Source: Bacteroidales bacterium (GTDB lineage Bacteria; Bacteroidota; Bacteroidia; Bacteroidales; UBA12481). Taken from it: 64,000 nucleotides of DNA. The stretch is taken from NCBI GenBank assembly GCA_041658425.1, contig JBBAAF010000004.1, forward strand, positions 3,171 through 67,170, read 5' to 3'. Under the pieces are notes generated by a model. It was not told the origin of the DNA. It saw nothing but the letters and a program-made list of their open reading frames with translations, and made no database searches. Positions 8,801-15,223 of the stretch are shown here, piece by piece (the stretch's first letter is position 1; every line of letters starts with the position of its first letter). A program made the translations under genes and the position numbers.

Positions 8801-8902
8801 GGTGGTATGACCATTGGCATGCTGGTCAGTATTTATATTGTGCCGATTATTTATTGGGCCGCTTACCGTCACGAAGACAAAAAACCGATTGAAAATGGAT
8901 AA
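5849..8902 (+). CDS. Efflux RND transporter permease subunit (second AcrB-type paralog)
   Basis: 1017 aa. N-terminus MVNFLIHRPIAVIMAFMAILFLGVVTVFKLPVSLMPDIDIPEITV and overall 12-TM/2-loop architecture are typical of the AcrB family. Confidence 0.85.
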   Translation: MVNFLIHRPIAVIMAFMAILFLGVVTVFKLPVSLMPDIDIPEITVQATYQGIPAREMENTVITPIRLQLMQVAHLEGIESETRDGYGIIRMKFTHGTDINYAYIECNEKIDDAMNQLPRGFDRPRVVKASATDIPVFNLMITQKAEWADQEKLVELSEFVQSVILKRIEQLPEVAMVDITGAMEPELVISPDPEKLKSIGITDQDILNALESNNTNIGNLMVRDGYYQYQIKFANYLKDAEDIGNLYIGKNDRLMQLKDLAKVEVRPQERRGIFMNRERTGLCLAIIKQSDARMEDLKKEIDKMVTTYRTDYPHLDFEIEKDQTKILTYSMGNLKQSLWFGGLLAMLVMFLFLKDFRSPLLIAFSIPVSLVVCLLMFYLFGLSMNIISLSGLVLAVGMMIDNSIIVIDNINQYIDRGETVHEACVHGTNEVIRPLISSGLTTCAVFVPLIFLSGISGALFYDQAISVTIGLTASFLVSITLIPTLFRLFFIRKPKTAANNFLGRINKIDYERAYERSFSHVFKYRGIYLVAFVLMIAASYPLYKMVGVSQLPEIEQTELIAVLDWNEPIHVEENARRVEQLVTSIPDSLTQYSSLVGEQQFILNREAERTASESEIYIRMTNTDSINRVTGHIREFLAANYPIATVSFHPPENIFEAIFSEDIPELLTRISSMKGQEQPLLQEVWAFTDSLARKDNLTFEQVPVHDQIVIEVDPERLLLYKVSFTSVTDQLEKAFNQKRIGVLKTYQRFIPILLADERRPVAGIIQNTFVRNIDGVEYPLSSLVTIGREQQYKTIRASRNGEYVPLVAKATTFSVPAIIEKIKNGVRNSTVLQADFDGTWFHQKILMKELAVVLLISVLLLFFILAAQFESFLQPLIVLVELPIDIASALFMLWIFGETLNLMSAIGIIVMSGIIINDSILKIDTINRTRADGHTVLEAIHIAGQRRLKPIIMTSLATVLGLLPFLFFKGLGSDLQKPLALTIMGGMTIGMLVSIYIVPIIYWAAYRHEDKKPIENG

Positions 8903-8905
8903 CCC

Positions 8906-8933
8906 GTGAAACGTGACGCGTGACGGGTGACGA
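8906..8933. repeat. Tandem heptanucleotide array, 4 units GTGA(A/C)(A/G)N, with 2 further units at 8969-8982
   Basis: GTGAAAC GTGACGC GTGACGG GTGACGA starts 4 nt after the stop codon. GTGACGG GTGAGTC recurs on the other side of the 8946-8963 hairpin. Confidence 0.8.
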
Positions 8934-8945
8934 AGAAGATTGTAG

Positions 8946-8963
8946 AGACGCATAATTGCGTCT
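8946..8963. repeat. REP-like palindrome AGACGCA-TAAT-TGCGTCT
   Basis: 7-bp stem with a 4-nt loop. The same GACGCATAATTGCGTC core recurs twice at 14184-14237. It lies in a convergent intergenic region. Confidence 0.8.
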
Positions 8964-9026
8964 AACAAGTGACGGGTGAGTCTTTGACCGGATGGTTGAG
9001 AAGTACGATGGCAATAATAGTTGAAT

Positions 9027-9443
9027 TTACCGTATACCGGTATCGATATTAATATTAAGAAAAGTTGTGTCCTCTGAAATTATCGATAGTACGACAGGCA
9101 GGTTGCTGCTACCAATATTATTCTGTTCCTTTTCAAGGAGAACCATGTAATTCCCCGGAGCCAGTTCTGTTCTGAATGAGCCATCCAATGCGGGATTTAT
9201 TTGGGCAATTTTTCTGCTTCCATTTGATGTCCAAACACTAACAGGATAAGCTTTATATGTCTCCGCAGTTGGCAGACAATCCGGATCGGGAGGGATCTTC
9301 TCAACAGGACAAATCGGCCCGATGGAAATTACACCCTCAAGGACCCCGGCTGCATTTGCCGTCTGCTTATCACAGCCTGAAATAAAAAACAATACTGCAA
9401 GGAATGCTAAACCAAAAATTCCTTTTAAAACATGTTTATCCAT
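9027..9443 (-). CDS. Hypothetical lipoprotein
   Basis: MDKHVLKGIFGLAFLAVLFFISGC provides a signal peptide and lipobox. 138 aa; no family recognised. Confidence 0.5.
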   Translation of the reverse strand: MDKHVLKGIFGLAFLAVLFFISGCDKQTANAAGVLEGVISIGPICPVEKIPPDPDCLPTAETYKAYPVSVWTSNGSRKIAQINPALDGSFRTELAPGNYMVLLEKEQNNIGSSNLPVVLSIISEDTTFLNINIDTGIR

Positions 9444-9499
9444 GGTTCAGGAAAATGATTATAACTTATTACTTCGCAATAATTATGCCAGATAAACTG

Positions 9500-9535
9500 A
9501 AAAAACTCCGTGAGCTTGTTGCCAAACTCACGGAG
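9500..9535 (-). terminator. Rho-independent terminator of the Cys-rich cassette
   Basis: On the minus strand, CTCCGTGAG-N12-CTCACGGAG (9-bp perfect stem) is followed by TTTTTT. It lies 44 nt downstream of the stop at 9579. Confidence 0.75.
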
Positions 9536-9578
9536 AATTCAAATCCCGTACCTATGCTGTTGTATCTGAAAAAGCCTG

Positions 9579-9902
9579 TTAATCAGCGCACCTTGGATCA
9601 TCGGCATTAAAGTTGCACCACGACTGCCTTAGTGTCGTCATCCGGCAACATTCAATCAGAGAAAAATTGGAACTGATTCCGATAACCCAACTGAAACCAT
9701 TCGTATTGACACTGGGTCCAGTATTGAGTCTTAGTCCGTCGCTAATGAACACGTATGTCCGTTTTGTCTGTTCCTGCCAGCCCATACCGGATGCTGTGGC
9801 ATTGGATCCTGCACCATTTACCGGATCTTCACCATAAACGATTCCGGTCACCAATAAGCAGGTAATCAGAATGATAATTGTTAATTGTTTTTTTGTTTTC
9901 AT
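9579..9902 (-). CDS. Secreted Cys-rich protein A (107 aa), paralog of 11739..12062
   Basis: Signal peptide MKTKKQLTIIILITCLLVTGIVYG, then ED plus a G/N/S/T-rich linker. C-terminus is CCRMTTLRQSWCNFNADDPRC (CC-x9-C-x8-C). Confidence 0.6.
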   Translation of the reverse strand: MKTKKQLTIIILITCLLVTGIVYGEDPVNGAGSNATASGMGWQEQTKRTYVFISDGLRLNTGPSVNTNGFSWVIGISSNFSLIECCRMTTLRQSWCNFNADDPRCAD

Positions 9903-9908
9903 AATGTT

Positions 9909-11105
9909 TTAATAAGATTTTGTTAACCATTCCTGTTTAATTTTTGCAAACCAAAGAACTGGTCGGTCCTGGGTTAATGCCGACTCAACCAGTGAGTCCA
10001 TCTCATGATAAAATTCCTGTGTTTTTGGATCTTCTTTTCGATTCGCCTGTGACTCCTTCATAGCCATAAGCAGGGACATATCATATATACCAATCAGCTC
10101 ATCCTGATCACTTTTCGCTATGGGATATAATAAAGGAACCTTTGCTACACTACTGGTTATCTGGGTTGAAAAGATACCTTTTCTTGTATTGAGATCAGCC
10201 ATGGCTAATTCCATATGGCTATTCAGGAAAACCCTGAAAAGCCGGATGGGACCGAAGGCGAGCAACTGATCTTTCCCGGATACGTATTTTCCTTGAACAG
10301 CCTCGCCGTATCTCGGGGAATTGTAACTAATCCCGATTAAATCTTCAGGATATTTTAATTTACCCCAATCGAGGAATACATCAGGCGAAACCTCGCCCTT
10401 CTGGTTGATTTTAAAGATGGTGTCGGATTGGCTTAGAAGCAGGGCTCCATTTCCAAACTCCTCCAGATTCCGTTGGTAAGCCACTGACCAATACATGGAG
10501 CTGTCGCCTAAAACCTTTGCCTGGCCTTTGGATTTCCCATCTTCGCCCAACAGGAAAATTCCTTCATCAAGGCTATCGGCACCGTCATTAGAACGAGAGG
10601 CATTATAACCGGCTATCATATCGTCACCAACCCTGACCATATCCCTCGCCGACCAACGAATCCCGAATTCACGGAGCATCCGACCATCAAAACTATATAC
10701 CATAATCTTTGATGGCCAGAAAGATTGCAGCCAGAGTTCTTTTTCTGCTGGTTTTACCCATATTGCATCCAACTCCTGATATTCACCCGGTCCGCGGCCA
10801 ACGCGCTGTATCCGGTATCTGAACTTACCGGTGATATCGAAGCAAAAAACAGCTTCAAGCTTCTTGTCAAGCATGAAAATGTTTTCACCGTTTACTATCA
10901 TTTTGTCGATATCCGTGAAAGCTGATTCAGGGTGATTCTCCAGTTGAACATAATGTACCCGTTCAATGAACTGCCCCATATCGATTGCGTTAGCGGACTC
11001 AAATGGAACAGTAATGACCGATTCAACTTCTGCCTTCTTTGGCTGACAACCGGCTAGCAGAATCATGCAAACCGCCAGGCTGGTATAGATTTTTGTTCTC
11101 ATCAT
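9909..11105 (-). CDS. 6-bladed beta-propeller lipoprotein (BF3164-like family)
   Basis: Lipobox LLAGC. The GRGPGEY motif and overall length (398 aa) fit what I recall for the Bacteroidales 6-bladed beta-propeller family. Confidence 0.65.
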   Translation of the reverse strand: MMRTKIYTSLAVCMILLAGCQPKKAEVESVITVPFESANAIDMGQFIERVHYVQLENHPESAFTDIDKMIVNGENIFMLDKKLEAVFCFDITGKFRYRIQRVGRGPGEYQELDAIWVKPAEKELWLQSFWPSKIMVYSFDGRMLREFGIRWSARDMVRVGDDMIAGYNASRSNDGADSLDEGIFLLGEDGKSKGQAKVLGDSSMYWSVAYQRNLEEFGNGALLLSQSDTIFKINQKGEVSPDVFLDWGKLKYPEDLIGISYNSPRYGEAVQGKYVSGKDQLLAFGPIRLFRVFLNSHMELAMADLNTRKGIFSTQITSSVAKVPLLYPIAKSDQDELIGIYDMSLLMAMKESQANRKEDPKTQEFYHEMDSLVESALTQDRPVLWFAKIKQEWLTKSY

Positions 11106-11112
11106 ATATAGA

Positions 11113-11736
11113 TCAGTTAAAGTATCTCTGTTTAATCAGGTTGAGGTATTCCTTTGTCTGGACCTCCAAAGAAGGGTAGGGTGTAAATGTCAGGTCTGCA
11201 AGATGTTCCGGACCAGTCATGAAAAAGTAGGGAATTTCCAGTGAATCCATGGGTAATTGCAAACTTTTATCCCGGATTTCCAGAAACTCAACACCGGTCA
11301 GGATTTTCTGCCTGTGACTCCATTGTTCCCGTGTAGGCCCTTGTACCGAGAAAAGAATCAAGAGGTTATCCCGATTAATCTCAGTGATCTCATTCTTTAC
11401 CGTAAATAACAATTGATCCACACAAGTGGAGCAATGCCGGTCGGACAGCACGAGAACGAGCTTTTTCGACTGACCGATATAATTATTCAGATCGGTAGAG
11501 TTGCCTTTTGCGGGCTGTACCCATATTCCCTCAGGTAAGGGCTGATCATTGGATTTCATGGTAAATTCCCAGCCTCTGTTCATCAGGTACAACTCCCGGT
11601 TTGCCTGGATAAACCGGTTTCGGTTATCGTTCATCCTTTGCGTGTATTCTCTGTTGTTTTGATCAAACCTCCAGACCCAGGCGAGGTTAATGATCAGGAG
11701 GATGAAGATCGATAGCAGCCAGAATCTTGCTTTCAT
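11113..11736 (-). CDS. Membrane-anchored thioredoxin-fold protein with CSTC (CxxC) motif, TlpA/redoxin-like
   Basis: The start is taken at MKARFWLLSIFILLIINLAWVW (ATG 11736), which provides an N-terminal TM anchor. KKLVLVLSDRHCSTCVDQL has a beta-strand followed by CxxC at the position expected in thioredoxin folds. The longer ORF to 11802 would overlap the upstream gene by 64 nt. Confidence 0.5.
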   Translation of the reverse strand: MKARFWLLSIFILLIINLAWVWRFDQNNREYTQRMNDNRNRFIQANRELYLMNRGWEFTMKSNDQPLPEGIWVQPAKGNSTDLNNYIGQSKKLVLVLSDRHCSTCVDQLLFTVKNEITEINRDNLLILFSVQGPTREQWSHRQKILTGVEFLEIRDKSLQLPMDSLEIPYFFMTGPEHLADLTFTPYPSLEVQTKEYLNLIKQRYFN

Positions 11737-11738
11737 GA

Positions 11739-12062
11739 CTAGTTCGGACAAATTTTCAGATTCTTGCATCCATCCATGGCGCGAAGGGTTTTCTTGCAGC
11801 ACAGGTAATAGGAATAATCAGTCACCAATCGTGCAAAGGGAGCACCAACCCAGCCCCAATACTCGAAATGTTCACCGGACTTCTGTCTTTCGACCTCGGG
11901 CGTATAACCAACCAGAACTCCGGACGGGGGATCATTTGTGCCAGTCGAGGTTCCCAAATTACCGTCTTCCGTTGCCAGGGCACTTATCCCGATCAGATTG
12001 CCCATCAGGATGGCAAGAATGGCCAGCATAAATCCCAGCCGTTTCCACTTAAATGTTTTCAT
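11739..12062 (-). CDS. Secreted Cys-rich protein B (107 aa), paralog of 9579..9902
   Basis: Signal peptide ending ISALA, then TEDGN plus a G/N/S/T-rich linker. C-terminus is CCKKTLRAMDGCKNLKIC (CC-x9-C-x5-C). Confidence 0.6.
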   Translation of the reverse strand: MKTFKWKRLGFMLAILAILMGNLIGISALATEDGNLGTSTGTNDPPSGVLVGYTPEVERQKSGEHFEYWGWVGAPFARLVTDYSYYLCCKKTLRAMDGCKNLKICPN

Positions 12063-12196
12063 TGTGTTTTAATTTATTATTTGATTACACAGTATATAGA
12101 TGGCAAACGAGGAATTCAATGGAAAAAAAAGACCCTGTTTTTTTCATAGAGCAGAAAAAAGTAAAAAAGATACCTTTGAAGTCTAATTCATTTGTC

Positions 12197-13387
12197 ATGA
12201 TTACTTTCGAGGAGGCTCTAAAAATATCTTTAAATCAAGCAGTTACATTTGGAATTGAATCGATTTCCTTTGAAGAAGCTGTGGGACGGGTTCTGTCCGA
12301 AAGCATTAAATCGGACATGGACATCCCTCCTTTTAATAAAAGCGCCATGGATGGATATGCCTGCCGCCGGCAAGATCTCGCCAATCCAATGCAGGTTATT
12401 GAGGTCATCCGGGCTGGCATTCCGCCGGTAAAATCAATCAGCGAAGGGACATGCTCCCAGATCATGACCGGTGCAATTATTCCTGATGGAGCTGATACCG
12501 TTGTTAAGGTTGAGGACTGCACCGGAGGAGCGGTTGATGCGCCGGTTCCGAATGAAATCCGGTTTGTTGGTGAAAAAACCGGTGCCAATATTTGTTACCG
12601 CGGCGAAGATCTGAAGGCAGGTGAGGTGGTTCTTGAGGCAGGAACCCTGCTGGATTCGCGTCACGTGCCGATCCTGGCTACCGTAGGAAGCGTTTTTATT
12701 AATGTGTACCGGTTGCCTTCAATCGGGGTGCTGTCTACCGGCACTGAACTCGTAGAGCCTGGCGAAACCCCGGGATTGTCGCAGATCCGCAATACCAACG
12801 CTTATCAGATGATTGCCCAATTGGGGAAAATGGGAATCGATTGCGATTATTACGGTATCGCAACCGATGATGAGGATATTACCCGCAGCATGATCTCGGA
12901 GGCACTGAAAAACAATGATATACTGATCCTTAGTGGCGGTATCTCGATGGGTGAGTTCGATTTTGTACCCGCTGTTCTGCAAAGTCTGGGTATTAATGTT
13001 GCCTACAAGCAGGTTGCTATTCAGCCTGGTAAACCTACTCTCTTCGGCACTGGTCAGAATAAATTTGTTTTTGGATTGCCCGGCAACCCGGTCTCTTCCT
13101 ATTTTATCCTTGAACTCCTTGTTAAGCCATTTATATATAAATGCATGGGCCACGACTGGAATCTCCCGGTTCTCCGGTTGAGGGCAGGAGAGCGGATGAC
13201 CCGGAAAAAAAGTAACCGCCTGGCCTGGATGCCTGTCAGGATCGATCGGGAAGGATTGGTTTACCAGATCGAATACCACGGATCAGCACATATTTTTTCA
13301 CTCCGGGATGCAGACGGAATCATTCCGGTGCCAATCGGAAAAACAATAATTGAAGAAGGGGAATTTGTGGATGTTCGACCGCTTTGA
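12197..13387 (+). CDS. moeA: Molybdopterin molybdenumtransferase MoeA
   Basis: MITFEEALKISLNQ is a MoeA-type N-terminus, with SAMDGYA, TGAIIPDGADTVV, ISGGISMGEFD and PGNPVSS motifs. About 397 aa from ATG 12197. Confidence 0.9.
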   Translation: MITFEEALKISLNQAVTFGIESISFEEAVGRVLSESIKSDMDIPPFNKSAMDGYACRRQDLANPMQVIEVIRAGIPPVKSISEGTCSQIMTGAIIPDGADTVVKVEDCTGGAVDAPVPNEIRFVGEKTGANICYRGEDLKAGEVVLEAGTLLDSRHVPILATVGSVFINVYRLPSIGVLSTGTELVEPGETPGLSQIRNTNAYQMIAQLGKMGIDCDYYGIATDDEDITRSMISEALKNNDILILSGGISMGEFDFVPAVLQSLGINVAYKQVAIQPGKPTLFGTGQNKFVFGLPGNPVSSYFILELLVKPFIYKCMGHDWNLPVLRLRAGERMTRKKSNRLAWMPVRIDREGLVYQIEYHGSAHIFSLRDADGIIPVPIGKTIIEEGEFVDVRPL

Positions 13388-14171
13388 TCGAAATATTAAT
13401 TACTTAAGAATTTCGGTTACCGACCGGTGTAATTTCCGCTGCACCTATTGCATGCCCGTGGAAGGCGTACCTTCTATGCATCATGAGGATATCCTGCGCT
13501 ACGATGAGATTATTGAGGTGGTAAAAGTTGCCGTGGATTTCGGAATCAACAAGGTTCGCATCACGGGAGGTGAACCCCTCGTTCGGAAAGGTGTTGTCAG
13601 TTTGGTTGAAATGATTGCTGCCATTCCTGAAATCCGCGATCTTTCCATGACTACCAATGGCGTTCTTCTTGAAAGATATGCCCGCGAACTGAAAAATGCC
13701 GGGTTGCAGCGGGTGAATGTCAGTCTGGATACACTGGACCCTGTTCGTTATCACGATATTACCAGGCTGGGGGATATTGATCAGGTTATAAGGGGTATAG
13801 ATGCTGCGGTTGCAGCTGGATTGGCACCCGTTAAGATAAACTGCGTGGTCAGGAACTCCCCCGATGAGCCTGACGCTCAAATGGTCGGTGAATTTGGCAA
13901 AAGAAAGGGGTTGGAAGTCAGGTATATTCAAGAGATGGATCTGGATACCGGCTATTTCCGCGGGGTGATCGGTGGCGACGGAGGGAACTGCCCGATCTGC
14001 AACCGGCTACGGCTAACCAGTAACGGGTTGATCAAACCCTGCCTGTTCAGCAATTCAGGCTATTCCGTCCGGGAACTGGGCCCGCGCAATGCCATCGAAC
14101 GTGCCCTTCAGAATAAGCCCGAATGCGGCAGTGTCAATACTACCGGAGAATTCTATAACTTAGGAGGATGA
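13371..14171 (+). CDS. moaA: GTP 3',8-cyclase MoaA (radical SAM)
   Basis: LRISVTDRCNFRCTYCMP contains the CxxxCxxC radical SAM motif, and the C-terminal CNRLRLTSNGLIKPCL is the second-cluster motif. The start at ATG 13371 overlaps moeA by 17 nt. Confidence 0.9.
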   Translation: MFDRFDRNINYLRISVTDRCNFRCTYCMPVEGVPSMHHEDILRYDEIIEVVKVAVDFGINKVRITGGEPLVRKGVVSLVEMIAAIPEIRDLSMTTNGVLLERYARELKNAGLQRVNVSLDTLDPVRYHDITRLGDIDQVIRGIDAAVAAGLAPVKINCVVRNSPDEPDAQMVGEFGKRKGLEVRYIQEMDLDTGYFRGVIGGDGGNCPICNRLRLTSNGLIKPCLFSNSGYSVRELGPRNAIERALQNKPECGSVNTTGEFYNLGG

Positions 14172-14183
14172 AATTGAATATTA

Positions 14184-14237
14184 CGTAGGGACGCATAATT
14201 GCGTCCATGAACACGGACGCAATTATGCGTCCCTACG
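14184..14237. repeat. Double REP-like palindrome: 23-bp perfect inverted repeat whose arms are themselves hairpins
   Basis: CGTAGGGACGCATAATTGCGTCC (14184-14206) and its exact reverse complement GGACGCAATTATGCGTCCCTACG (14215-14237) are separated by 8 nt. Confidence 0.9.
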
Positions 14238-14247
14238 GAGGATTAAT

Positions 14248-14721
14248 ATGAATCAAAATAGCCACAAGGAACTTTCACACACTGATCCCGAAGGCCGGGC
14301 GCGCATGGTTGACGTGGGCTCAAAGTCCGATCAGCTGAGGGTCGTAAAAGCAGTAGGCCGGATCATCCTCAAGCCGGATACCATCCGGTTGATCCGCGAG
14401 AACCTGATGAAAAAGGGCGATGTGCTTACCGTGGCTGAGATTGCGGGAATTCAGGCAGCGAAAAGCACATCTTCATTGATACCATTATGCCATAATATCA
14501 ACCTGACCTCTGTAAAAGTGTTGACCGAACTCACAAATACCGGTGTAACCATCAGCAGTGAAGTGCATTGCATTGGCCAAACCGGTGTTGAGATGGAAGC
14601 ACTTGCTGCCGTGAGCATTGCTTTGCTTACCATTTACGATATGTGCAAGGCAGTTGATAAGGAAATGAGAATGGAAGGAATTCAATTAATCGAAAAAACC
14701 AAACATGATCTTTCCCGTTAA
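14248..14721 (+). CDS. moaC: Cyclic pyranopterin monophosphate synthase MoaC
   Basis: 157 aa with MVDVGSK, AEIAGIQAAKSTSSLIPLCHNI and GVEMEALAAVSIALLTIYDMCKA motifs typical of MoaC. Confidence 0.9.
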   Translation: MNQNSHKELSHTDPEGRARMVDVGSKSDQLRVVKAVGRIILKPDTIRLIRENLMKKGDVLTVAEIAGIQAAKSTSSLIPLCHNINLTSVKVLTELTNTGVTISSEVHCIGQTGVEMEALAAVSIALLTIYDMCKAVDKEMRMEGIQLIEKTKHDLSR

Positions 14722-15217
14722 AATCAGGTTTGCCGTAATCACCCTCAGCGACCGGGCCAGTCGCGGTGAATACGAAGACCTCAGCGGCCCGGCGATCACC
14801 GCCATGATCCGGGAATTCTTTGCGGCAAAATCGGTCAATGCTGAGATTGAAAATGTCATTATTCCCGATGATCCGCAGCGCATAAGCGCCTTGCTGTTGA
14901 ATTACCGCGCACAAGGTATCGAGGTTGTTTTTACAACCGGAGGAACCGGCCTGGGCCCGAGGGATTTTACTCCTGACGTGGTAAAACCATTGCTGGATAA
15001 AGAAATACCCGGAGTCATGGAAATGATCCGGGTAAAATATGGTATGATAAAGCCTGCTGCCCTCGTTTCAAGGTCGATCGCCGGTGTAACAGGTAAAACG
15101 CTGGTCTATTGCCTTCCCGGCAGCCTTAAGGCGGTTGGTGAATACTGCCATGAGATACTGCCCACCATCATGCATTCGATCAAAATGGTCCTCGGAATCG
15201 ACGATCACAATTGCTGA
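14705..15217 (+). CDS. mog: Molybdopterin adenylyltransferase MogA/MoaB family
   Basis: 170 aa with ITLSDRASRGEYEDLSGP and FTTGGTGLGPRDFTPD motifs of the MoCF-biosynthesis (MogA/MoaB) fold. It overlaps moaC by 17 nt. Confidence 0.8.
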   Translation: MIFPVKIRFAVITLSDRASRGEYEDLSGPAITAMIREFFAAKSVNAEIENVIIPDDPQRISALLLNYRAQGIEVVFTTGGTGLGPRDFTPDVVKPLLDKEIPGVMEMIRVKYGMIKPAALVSRSIAGVTGKTLVYCLPGSLKAVGEYCHEILPTIMHSIKMVLGIDDHNC

Positions 15218-15223
15218 TCCAGA

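Noticed and set aside
8732-8968. 78-aa minus-strand ORF spanning the RND gene end and the palindromic repeat
   Set aside because: Its N-terminus (MLDAIMRLYNLL) is simply the translated GACGCATAATTGCGTC palindrome, and the rest is antisense to the RND permease.
12063-12196. Moco riboswitch upstream of moeA
   Set aside because: The 134-nt leader is AT-rich and has only a weak A8/T8 hairpin. I could not find the conserved GC-rich Moco-motif stems or a CCUCC-type core.
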